The position numbers and the translations under genes were made by a program. From the NCBI GenBank assembly GCA_963665115.1, contig OY762007.1, positions 6,016,001-6,080,000 of the forward strand: 64,000 bases of DNA, given 5' to 3'. This DNA comes from an uncultured Rivularia sp. Lineage in GTDB: Bacteria; Cyanobacteriota; Cyanobacteriia; Cyanobacteriales; Nostocaceae. Shown piece after piece: positions 34,472-44,600 of the stretch (position 1 is its first letter; each line of letters starts with the position of its first letter). Under the pieces are notes generated by a model, which was not told the DNA's origin, made no database searches, and worked only from the letters and a program-made list of their open reading frames with translations.

Positions 34472-35810
34472 AAATCTAAGTTTTGTTAGTAGCGACAAAA
34501 TACCTCCTCAAAATATCGAAGCGGAGGAAGCGATTTTGGGTGGTATACTGCTTGACCCCGGAGCGATTGCTAGGGTTAAAGACATTCTTGTTGCAAAAGC
34601 TTTTTACATCAGCGCCCATCGGGATATTTATATCGCTGCCCTAGAACTTCATGGCAAAGGTAATCCCACGGATTTACTTGCAGTTATTAATTGGCTATCT
34701 GACCATAATCAACTTGCAAAAATCGGTGGTAGGAATAAATTAGCGTCCCTTGTAGACCGGACTGTATCGGCAGTTAACATCGATGCCTTAGCGCAATTGG
34801 TGATGGATAAATACTACCGAAGGCAATTGATTCATGTAAGCGGCGAAATTTTCGAGTTGGCGCACGACCAAACTCAAGAGATAGGTAAACAGTTAGAAAC
34901 AGCATTTTCAAAGGTTTTAGAGGTAAATAACAGCGCTATCGCGTCACAATCAGAGCCAACCTCATTGTCGTCTATCCTGATGAATGCTTTTGAACGAATC
35001 GAATCAAGAAATATCGGTACAAGGTCATCCGGGATAACAACTGGGTTTTGTAACCTAAATGCAATGCTAGGAGGATTAAAACCAGAAAAACTTATAACAA
35101 TCGCCGGTCGTCCGGCAATGGGCAAATCATCATTTTTAGGCAATTTAGCTTTTAACATTTCATCGCTAGAATCACTGCCAACCGTAATTTTTAGTCTTGA
35201 GATGGGTAGGGAAGAATGGGGTGATAGATTTTTATCTCAAGATGTTTCTATCGAATCGATTCATCTGCAAAATGGTTCTATTAGTAAATCTCAATGGCAT
35301 CCTTTAGCGAAATCGATTAGTAAGTTAAGCGAACTGCCTATTTACATTGACGATTCGCCTGTATTAACAGTTAATTTGATTCGTTCCAAAGTTAAACAAC
35401 TTATTGCTAAATACAGTCGCATTGGTATGGTTGGAATTGACTATTTGCAATTAATGGAAGGAACGGATGGTGATAATTATAATTTAGCTTTTCAAATAGG
35501 AAAAATTACCCGAGGGTTAAAACAATTAGCACGCGAATGTAACACTACTGTTGTCATATTGTCACAGTTAAATCGTGGTGTAGAAAGTCGAAATATCAAA
35601 CGTCCTGTGATGTCAGACTTAAGAGAATCTGGGCGAATTGAAGAAGATTCGGATTTAGTTTTACTCCTTTACCGTGATGAATATTACCACCCCGATACGG
35701 TTGATAGAGGTATTGCAGAAATAATTGTTGCTAAAAATAGAGGCGGACCAACAGGAACTATAAAACTGCTATTTGACGCACAATTTACTTGTTTTAAAAA
35801 TTTGGCTTGA
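34464..35810 (+). CDS. dnaB: Replicative DNA helicase (element-encoded)
   Basis: PPQNIEAEEAILG, AGRPAMGKS, FSLEM, IDYLQL, LSQLNR, SDLRESGRIEEDSD, AKNRGGPTG. Confidence 0.95.
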   Translation: MSENLSFVSSDKIPPQNIEAEEAILGGILLDPGAIARVKDILVAKAFYISAHRDIYIAALELHGKGNPTDLLAVINWLSDHNQLAKIGGRNKLASLVDRTVSAVNIDALAQLVMDKYYRRQLIHVSGEIFELAHDQTQEIGKQLETAFSKVLEVNNSAIASQSEPTSLSSILMNAFERIESRNIGTRSSGITTGFCNLNAMLGGLKPEKLITIAGRPAMGKSSFLGNLAFNISSLESLPTVIFSLEMGREEWGDRFLSQDVSIESIHLQNGSISKSQWHPLAKSISKLSELPIYIDDSPVLTVNLIRSKVKQLIAKYSRIGMVGIDYLQLMEGTDGDNYNLAFQIGKITRGLKQLARECNTTVVILSQLNRGVESRNIKRPVMSDLRESGRIEEDSDLVLLLYRDEYYHPDTVDRGIAEIIVAKNRGGPTGTIKLLFDAQFTCFKNLA

Positions 35811-35821
35811 GGAAGTGAAAA

Positions 35822-36120
35822 ATGAAGATGCTTTTTGATGTAGAACAATACAAGCAACCCAAAAAACAAAGTTATACAGGCGATTGGAATGGTGTTAGAT
35901 ATGACCCCACCTGGGATGAACCCGATGACATACCTGAGTTAAAAAACGAAGTTTCCACACCTGTGGAAGTTTTACAAGAAAAAGAAGAAATACCTCATCA
36001 TACTTCCTTAAACTGCTCGCGGGTAGTACGTAAGAAAAAATCTTCCGATTGCTGGTACACACCACCCTATATCCTTGAATTAGTAGTTCAGGTGCTTGGA
36101 GAAATAGACCTAGACCCTTC
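35822..36120 (+). pseudogene. Truncated phage-type DNA N6-adenine methyltransferase
   Basis: SDCWYTPPYILELVVQVLGEIDLDP, after which similarity stops; the catalytic NPPY motif is absent. Confidence 0.65.
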
Positions 36121-36857
36121 TCAAACCTATGCTCAAGGAAGCTTTAGCAGAATTTGATGCGCCAACAGGAAAGGTAAATGCCAACTTAATCGGTTACGAG
36201 TGTTTTCCTGAAGGTGGTGGAATTTATGCCATGTATTGCAAAAATACGGGTGAAGCAATAAGACGCAAAGTCATCGGTTTGGTGATGTTGGGATATCGAA
36301 ATGCCTCTGCAATCATATCTCGGCGCGGTATTTTGAATCGGGGTAAAACTGCTACATTGGGTATGGCTAAGATGGTAGAAAAAGTTATTGAAGGTACATC
36401 AGGGTTAGAAGCACAAGAATTGATTGAAGCGATTGTAGCTGCTGGTGATGAACCGAAGCCACAACATTTTTACCATCTATATAGTTCTAGTAATCTTCGA
36501 GATACTCAAATTGAAAAGATTATATCTGTTGTAAATTCTTCTAGAGCAGAATATGCGATTGCGCTTGTGAATTGGTTAAAAGAGGTACTGCCGAATAACA
36601 ATGAATTGGATGAATTAATTATCTGTGGTGGTACGGCTGATTATTTGCGAGAAGAGTTAGACGCAGTTTTTCCAACAATACCTATAGTTTGGCATGGAAA
36701 TGTGAACATTCCGCAAACACTTAACGAACAATGGTTGGGGAATCGTTTAGCTGATGTATGGGCGCTTTCGGTTTACCACGGTATTAAAGTTAGAGCAGTT
36801 ATGAGAGAGGTGATGAGTGGGAAAGGAGGAGAAAGCAAAGGGTTAAAAGATGGTTAG
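36121..36857 (+). pseudogene. N-terminally truncated ParM/StbA actin-like ATPase
   Basis: Contains FPEGGG, VMLGYRNAS and IICGGTA but lacks the N-terminal D-x-G phosphate-1 loop. Confidence 0.7.
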
Positions 36858-37318
36858 AAAAAAGGACTTCACATGGCGGTATCAGCCACCTCTGGATTCA
36901 GATAGAGCGACAATGCTTAGCTATATTCAAAATGAAGGGCCTACATCCATTTCAAAATAAAACCGTAATGATAATGACTGCTCTAAATGCATATTACATG
37001 GCTTTAGCACTGTACAGCGAAGGTAGTTATTCTCGCGAAACTTTGGAATTGATATTTCTGGATTCGGTAAAGGCGATCGCAAATCATCTTCAGTACGTCA
37101 GCATTGCGATAAAAGTAGACGAACACGCAGTTACAGATGTTTTATGCACTGTATTTGGAGGATTAGAGACAAGAAAAACTCAAAAAGATACGCCATTACA
37201 ATATAGTACACAATTACCACCATCAGACCAAAATGAAGAATCATCTGATTTAAATTTACAAGCATGGAATTTAGCAGGAATGACAACAGATAGCGAAACC
37301 TTTAACCCCGGAAATTGA
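36850..37318 (+). CDS. Hypothetical, possibly ParR-like partner; frameshift at ~36938
   Basis: ATG at 36850 (MVRKKDFTWRYQP..) joins ORF 36932..37318 if one G is removed; directly follows ParM. Confidence 0.55.
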
Positions 37319-37320
37319 TT

Positions 37321-38040
37321 ATGGCAAGAATACATTTAGTTGATGGTGAAAAGGGAGGAGTCGGGAAGTCGCTGTTTACCCGCGTTATGGTGCAGTATGC
37401 AATTGACCATAAATTGGAACATACTTTGGTGGATGCAGATATAACGAATCAAGATGTGAAACGCTTCTATGATTATGCTGTTGATGCTGAATTTAGTGAA
37501 GCTGTAAACAAAGGGGATAAAGCCGACATAATTTTTGAATTAGCTAGGAAAAAACCCGTTATAGTTAATCTTCCCGCGAATGTATTTCCAAAAGTTAATA
37601 ATTGGATAAAAAACGGACGTTTATTGGAAGTTGCAGATAAATACGGTGTAGATATTTGTAAGTGGTTTGTCTGTGATGGTGGTTTTGAATCTATAGATTT
37701 ATTCAAACAATCCATAAAATTGTACAAAGATAAAATGCTTCATGTGTTTGTCAAGAATTTAGGTAAAACAGATGATTGGAGTTTTTTAAAGGATAACCCG
37801 TCCTTTAAAGAGTTGTGTAAAAAGCATGAAAAGACTTTAAAAATAATTGAATTTCCGCTTCTGTATCCGGGAGATAGATATTTTATCGACTCTAATAAGT
37901 TTCGGTTTGATGCAAAAGAAATTGAAGAAATAATGCCTATAATGTCACAGCAAAGATTATTTACTTTTTTAAGCGAATCAAATCAAGCTATTGAAAGTAC
38001 TCAAAGGTGGAAAAAAAGGCAGATGGCAGAAGGTAAATAA
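37321..38040 (+). CDS. MobD-like / ParA-type P-loop protein
   Basis: MARIHLVDGEKGGVGKS, VDAD..N.DV, VIVNLPA. Confidence 0.7.
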   Translation: MARIHLVDGEKGGVGKSLFTRVMVQYAIDHKLEHTLVDADITNQDVKRFYDYAVDAEFSEAVNKGDKADIIFELARKKPVIVNLPANVFPKVNNWIKNGRLLEVADKYGVDICKWFVCDGGFESIDLFKQSIKLYKDKMLHVFVKNLGKTDDWSFLKDNPSFKELCKKHEKTLKIIEFPLLYPGDRYFIDSNKFRFDAKEIEEIMPIMSQQRLFTFLSESNQAIESTQRWKKRQMAEGK

Positions 38041-38154
38041 AGAGTGAGGGAGTGAGAGAGTGAGGGAGTGAGGGAGAGGTAATTGAATGGAGTTTTAATG
38101 GAGTTTTAGACCCTCCTGTCTCAATAAAAATTACTCATACATGAGGTAAGTAAT

Positions 38155-39153
38155 ATGAATTACGACCTTCAAATTTTATACGAAACCAATCAAGCTTTTA
38201 ACTGCGATGTAGTCACTGCTGATGAAGAGAAATATATGGGAAGACTATATATTCTTACTACAGACGATACTACCTTGAAAAATTTAGGAATTAAAGAAGA
38301 ATGGTACCTTGCTCACGAAGAAGCTGATGTATTAGTTAGCGGACATATTAATAGTGATGGTAAGTGGAGTTTATCAACCTGGAGAAATTTAGAACCAAGT
38401 TTTGAATATACAACTCGTAACAAAATATTTGACCAAGTGTTTAGTCCTGAATATGTTTGGAAACTAATGCATTTTCGTGAAGAAAATATCATAAGCATAT
38501 CTCAAAAAACAAGTATTCCTGACAGCTTTAATGATAGTGATGATAATAATTCAAATGGAATGAATAGAAAATATTTAGGTATTATGCCAGGACAACTAAA
38601 CATTACTACAGAGAATTTGAATATATTACAGGGTTTAATTATGCATTCATATGATTCTTCATCAGTTAATTTAGAGCAAGATTTAGAAACCGAGATTATT
38701 TCTGTATATAACGAGCAAGAATCAGCAATAAAAAGCACAAACATAAATGAAATTATGAACCACTTTCAACGAGAATATGCTCCTTTATTAGATGAAAAGG
38801 AATTATTTCATGCTCAGATAGATTTAACCGAAAGAATCATGGATGAATATGAGAAACGCCAAAAAGACGAGTTTGTCTTTACACCTTTAGGAATTGTCAC
38901 AATAAATGCCGAAGAAAGTTGTTGCAGTTTAAAAGATTCAGAAGATGGTCATACTATATTTACTGCGACTTTTGATGCTGATATTATTCACGGATTAAAT
39001 GATACTGATGCTCTTAAGATTGAAATGATTTTACATCAGTTTGATAGAGAAGATTTTCGACGAGCGAGAAGTATGCTTCAAGAAGAAAAGTTAATTCATC
39101 AAGAAAACGGTTCCCAACTCAACCGAAATGCAGGAATAGATTATGATTTATAG
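38155..39153 (+). CDS. Hypothetical acidic protein
   Basis: 332-aa ORF with GAGG RBS. Confidence 0.7.
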   Translation: MNYDLQILYETNQAFNCDVVTADEEKYMGRLYILTTDDTTLKNLGIKEEWYLAHEEADVLVSGHINSDGKWSLSTWRNLEPSFEYTTRNKIFDQVFSPEYVWKLMHFREENIISISQKTSIPDSFNDSDDNNSNGMNRKYLGIMPGQLNITTENLNILQGLIMHSYDSSSVNLEQDLETEIISVYNEQESAIKSTNINEIMNHFQREYAPLLDEKELFHAQIDLTERIMDEYEKRQKDEFVFTPLGIVTINAEESCCSLKDSEDGHTIFTATFDADIIHGLNDTDALKIEMILHQFDREDFRRARSMLQEEKLIHQENGSQLNRNAGIDYDL

Positions 39154-39808
39154 TTTACGAAAAGCGAAAAATGAAAGTTATCTGAATAAGTTACTTGAAG
39201 GAAAAGATGCGGACTTTCAAAGAAGAGTTTTAGCTGTAGCTGTTGAACATGGGTTATCTACAAGTGACCCTTTATTTCTAATAATGATTTCCACTGGTCA
39301 ACTTCAAGTTTTGTTGGAAGATAAACCGAGTGAATTAGACCAATTATTTAAACGTTGGTCGGAAGCAATTTACGAACATTTGGAGAAAGCAAAGCGTACT
39401 GCTGTAAGTGGTCAGGAAGTGGAAATCCGTTCGATGGTAAACCGGCTTATTAAGCATTGTGAGTCGAAAGAGAGAAGCCGTTTAGTAGTAATGTTACCAG
39501 CGATAGGGCTAATAATAGCAGCAATTGGGTTTGGTGTTTTGACTGGGTTATCTGTTCCGGTATGGCTGGCTGGTGGTTATGCGTCTGGAAAGCCGAAGTT
39601 ATTAACAGTTGAACAAGTTGAAAGTTTACGGTGGTTAAAAAGTTCTCAAGGTCGCTTAGCAAGGAATATTGTTACTTGGAATTCTGAAAGTTTGAGCAAT
39701 TTAAATTGCACTAATAATCCGGAGCAAAGGGCTGTAGTTAATAATGCTAAAGGCAAACATATTACTCGTAAAAGTGATTATTGTTTATTGCGGGTTAAAT
39801 CACCTTAA
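39143..39808 (+). CDS. DUF6753-like membrane protein
   Basis: GL..SDPLFL.M..TGQLQVLLE..P, one TM helix, and LRWLKSSQGRLA. Confidence 0.6.
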   Translation: MIYSLRKAKNESYLNKLLEGKDADFQRRVLAVAVEHGLSTSDPLFLIMISTGQLQVLLEDKPSELDQLFKRWSEAIYEHLEKAKRTAVSGQEVEIRSMVNRLIKHCESKERSRLVVMLPAIGLIIAAIGFGVLTGLSVPVWLAGGYASGKPKLLTVEQVESLRWLKSSQGRLARNIVTWNSESLSNLNCTNNPEQRAVVNNAKGKHITRKSDYCLLRVKSP

Positions 39809-39849
39809 CTCAATAAAATGCTGGTTTTAATCAATATATTTCGGAGGAA

Positions 39850-40651
39850 ATGATGGAAGAATTAACTTGTTACTATAATCAACAAGAATATTGTCAACTA
39901 CCAGAAAATAAACAATTAGATACTAATTCGCCACTCATTTATAAAGACAGTAATTTTAAAAATATCGATAAAATTCGTGCAGTTGTTGTTGAAGACCAAG
40001 AACTAATAGTTATCGGTATCAAGAAAGCATTAGAGCAATATGAAAACATTGAAATTGTTGGAGATGCTTTTAATGCAAAACACGGTTTGACGCTGTTAAA
40101 TAACCTAAAACCTAAAATTGCCATTGTTGATATTTGTTTACCGGATTTTGATGGGATTCAACTAACCAGAGAAATCAAAAGAAAACATTCAGGGGTAAAA
40201 GTCATAATCCTAACTTCGCACTCAGACAGAGAAACTGTGTTGAAAGCATTTGCTGCGGGTGCTACTTCTTATTGCATGAAAGATATTAAATTTGCAAAAT
40301 TAATCGAAGCGATATATCTTACCTGCCTTGGCTACAACTGGATAGACCCCGGCTGTTACCCATTTTGTACTCCAGCAAGCTCAGAAAAATCCCATATGTT
40401 TCAACCGGGATGGTTCCAGAAGTTATGACGATTTAGATGAAGAAATGCTTGACCTGTACACTCTGACAGGCAGGGAATTGCAGATATTAGACCTAATTGT
40501 GAATGGGAATACTAATGCGGCGATCGCCAATCAACTTCATATCACAATCGGAACCGTGAAAAGCCACGTTCGCAATATTCTCAACAAAATTGGTGCAGAA
40601 GACCGTACTCAAGCAGCTGTTCATGCTTTGCGTTACGGCTTAGTGGATTGA
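39850..40651 (+). CDS. NarL/LuxR-family response regulator; frameshift at ~40348
   Basis: REC domain (VVEDQ, IVDI.LP..DG, LTS, MKD) joins the LuxR HTH (LTGRELQIL..TVKSHVRNILNK) if one C is removed. Confidence 0.85.
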
Positions 40652-40680
40652 AAAAATTATTACAACAAATGAGGTAAATT

Positions 40681-41550
40681 ATGGCTCAGTTTGATTTGAA
40701 TAATATCCTACAGCAAATAGAACAAGAAATTGAAATCGATGCCCAAGGTCGTGGGAAAGCTAGCATCCGGGCTACCGCTAGATTAGCTGGTGTAAGCGAT
40801 ATGGCATTAAGAAAAGCTTTTACCAGTGCGAACCTAGAGCCAAATGAATTAGCGAAAAAGCTTATAGGTCAAGGTTTTGATGCTGCGAACCTTCAGGATT
40901 GGTCTACATATAGAATACCTGACATTGCCATTTCTACAATTTTAGAATATTACGCTTTCGATGCCCGCAGGTATTGCACGGAACAAGCCAGGTTGACATA
41001 TAAAGCTTTCGCCACCGTTGGAATTCGTAGTTGGATACAGCAAATTAAAAATTGGCAGCAATCCAAACAAGAAGTTGTTTCAGACCAGCCTAGTGTAAAA
41101 GATATTTCGGAAGCAATTTCATCAGTTTTCTGCTTAGGAACAATTAACCCGAATCTCGTACAGGGTTTAATTGCCAATGAAATAGGTAAAGCATATCCTC
41201 ACCTCAAAGCCCAAATGGAGGCTGTAAAGCAATTGCTACCAACTCCTGTTGAAGATGAGTTAGTCACTGTTACTAACCTTGCCAAACTGTATATGGAGCA
41301 TGGAGGTAAAAAATTGAATCAAAATAATAGCAGCCAAAGTAATGCAAAGCTTATGAATAAAATTTTGATAAACAAGGGGATGCAATTCAAAAATCCTAAT
41401 TCCGATGCGAAAAAGAATGGACAACCTTTATATTTACCAACTGAGTTAGGTAAGCAGTATAGTAAAGTCATATTACAAGAAGCAAATAGAAGCAATAAAA
41501 CAATTCAACAATTGCGGTGGTTTCCGGCGGTTTTGGGTTTGATTGATTAG
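40681..41550 (+). CDS. Phage antirepressor-like DNA-binding protein
   Basis: SIRATARLAGVS, ILEYYAFDA, GIRSWI, and C-terminal PTELGKQYS..QLRW. Confidence 0.6.
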   Translation: MAQFDLNNILQQIEQEIEIDAQGRGKASIRATARLAGVSDMALRKAFTSANLEPNELAKKLIGQGFDAANLQDWSTYRIPDIAISTILEYYAFDARRYCTEQARLTYKAFATVGIRSWIQQIKNWQQSKQEVVSDQPSVKDISEAISSVFCLGTINPNLVQGLIANEIGKAYPHLKAQMEAVKQLLPTPVEDELVTVTNLAKLYMEHGGKKLNQNNSSQSNAKLMNKILINKGMQFKNPNSDAKKNGQPLYLPTELGKQYSKVILQEANRSNKTIQQLRWFPAVLGLID

Positions 41551-41639
41551 ATATTACATACTTCTGATGCCATAAATTCCGTATACTCTTTTCCTTTCCT
41601 TCCCTCTCTCCCTCTCTCACTCCCTCCCTCGATTAATGC

Positions 41640-44600
41640 TTACCCTTGCTGTAAACCTTTCTGCTCTTGGAAAGCACCATGCTCAAAACTTTTCTTCTCA
41701 TCCTCTGTAAAATTGCATACTAAAACTGGTTTTCCTCTTTGTGCCTTGTATAAAGTCCCGCGATGATTTTCCTTCTCATCAACAATCCGCAGCATTTCTG
41801 AAGGTATATGGTGAATAACTCGATATTTACCATCCCCAAAAGTTGCTGTTTGTATTTCCTCATCAGCATTCGCGGGATTTTCTTTTAAACTCGCAAGAGC
41901 CTGTTTTAACATCTGCTTTTCCCATTCTTCGCGTTTTACTGATACGGAAGTTTCTGGAAGAGGTAAAGGAGATAAATTTGAATTATTTTCTTTGGAGGCT
42001 GCTATGTGTGTATTATTCTCAACAGAATTTGTTTCATGAATCGCTTTAACTTCAACTTGTTGAGTTTTTGACTCCTTTATTTGATTTTTATTGCCGATTT
42101 CATTAATCAACTCTCGTAATTCATTCAACTCAATTGCGATAAATTTAGTTCTTTGTCCATTTTGTAACTGGTCGTATTCTAGAGGGAAATTTAATGTATC
42201 TTTGATTCTAGCTGCTGTTTTCTGTTCTGAAACCTTTGTAGGAACAGTAACACAAAAATAAAGTTCTTCAATATTGTCCTTGTTAGCGATACCAATCAAG
42301 CTTTCAACACCAAATTTTTTATCAATCTCCTCAGATAGTTTCTGAAAAACTTCTGGTTCTATATTTTTTTCTTTCAAAAAAGATTCAAAATATTCATTTT
42401 TTATAGGTAATACACCTAAAGATGCTTCCGAGTCATGCAATAAACCTTTGTTCTCTTTCTCGTGATAAATTTCATTGAGAATTTGTTTTAATTCATCTAA
42501 TAAACTTTTTTTATTGTCTGTAACTAGAGGTTCTTCTTTTATCCAAGTTTGAGGATATTGGATTGTTTGGGGGTCAACTTTTATATGAGCAATAGTAGCA
42601 GGTGATGATTCAAGCTTTCCTTCAAACTTAAATCCTTCGATTTGAATACCTCTTGAATTCAATTTTTCACTTAATACTTTGAATGATTCTTTATCAATTA
42701 CTCCCAAAGGTTTATCATCAACTAAAGCAATGGGTTTAACGGAAGAACCAACATTAGAAAGTTTAATTTTTACTATGCCTTGCTCTCCATTCCATTCTCT
42801 TGAAACTGCATCATATTTTTTCAACTGTCCCACTTTCAATTGATTACCTTTGGTACTTGTGATAACAACCGATGCGCTTGGTGGAGAAGTGATTTCTGCA
42901 CTAAAAGAAGTACCGATAGGTAACTGTGCTGATTCGCTACGAAATACCCCCAATTTTTTATCTTCAGCTACTAACCAACGTTTATTTTGTGTTGGATTAG
43001 CAGGGGTCGGGTGCTTGTTCGATAGTACATTCAACTTTTTCACCTACCCATTTACGTCCCAAATGTTCGTTACAGGGTTTATGGGTTCCCACAACTGCGA
43101 ATTCAGTAAATTGCAGTTTTTCTAATCTTCCAATTATTTCTTCTCCAAATACAGCGAATGCAGCTGATGTTTTGTTAAATCCATATTTTGCATCATCTTT
43201 GCTCGTTGTTGAAATCTGCCACATTGCAGCTGCAACTGCTTCTTTTTCTGAGTCAGGAATAGTTTCACGAGTTGTAGTTGCGAATTCTTTTACTTGTTTG
43301 AAAGCTGCTCTAACTTGACTTGATGTCAATCCAGGTTCAATTTTTTTGGTTAAATTTTTGAATTCGGTGAATGGTTTAATACGACCTTGAAATTGCTCTA
43401 AAGAAGTTTCTGAAATATAACCTAAGTGTTTGCGCTGTTGCTGACCGTTGGTTTTTACCTTCGGTTTTCCGCGTTCGTCGAGTACAGGTGCTATAGCTAT
43501 CCATTTGTTATCGACTTTATTGAAGTGATTTTTATTTTCTATTAATGAAATATTAAGTTTTCGATTCTCAAAGATATTTGGATGTTTTTTCTGAGATAAA
43601 CCAACAATTTCTATTTGAAGACCTTTAGGATTAATTGCAACAATTTTTAAACCTGGTGCTTGTTTAACTTCTTTACTAATTTGAATTGCACGACGAATCA
43701 ATGAATCGTATATTTTCTTTATATTAACTGCTTTTTGTTTCTGTGCGGGTGTAAATTCAACTCCATTAAAAAAGTTTTGAAACTGTTGGGTTGAACGCGG
43801 TACAATTGCGCTTTGTGCGAATGCTTCATTGGTTATACTCGCCATTTTATCGATAGCGGAGTGACCTTTGACATTCATTGTCTTTTTAGTATAAATTTCA
43901 TTATTATTTCTATCTTCAACCCACGGAGCAATATCAAAGCTTTTGATAATGTTATTACAGGCATTTACTATTTTTGGGTCGGAGCGATTAGCACTTTTAC
44001 CTCTATCAACTTCGATTTGTAGCTGTCCTCCTAAAGTTCCTACAACATCGTGATAAAATTTACCAATTTTTTCTAAAATATGTTCAATTTTTGATTCGGG
44101 GATTCGAGGTAGACTTTTATTGTGTTGTGGTAGTTTATTTATTTCAGTTTTATTTTGAGCTTCTGGTTGACACAACTGTGCTAATTCAACTATTTGCGTT
44201 CGGAGATTTTCTGGATATTGAATTGGGTGAGTGTGATGGTTTTCGGCTTTTAAAATTTCTACTGCTGCACAAGAAATATCTTTAATGAATTTCTGGGCTT
44301 CTTTCGGTGGAATTGAGATACATTCATTTTCAAGAGCAATTCCTTTCATGCATAAATTAGCAACTATGCCAATTTTATTCTCCATCGCATCTAACGCTAT
44401 TTGCTCAAAAGAACCCTTATATGCTTTTTTCTCTGGCTTAACTATTTCGGAATAACGGTTTTCTTTTAGTTGCTTCTGTTTAATTTCTGCTGTCGTGTGA
44501 GGGAAGTCAGATGATAAGGCGATCGCCATTCTATCTCCGTCACAATCGGATAGCGAATGCTTTAATCCTTGGGGTGACATTTTTATCGTGCCAATATCGT

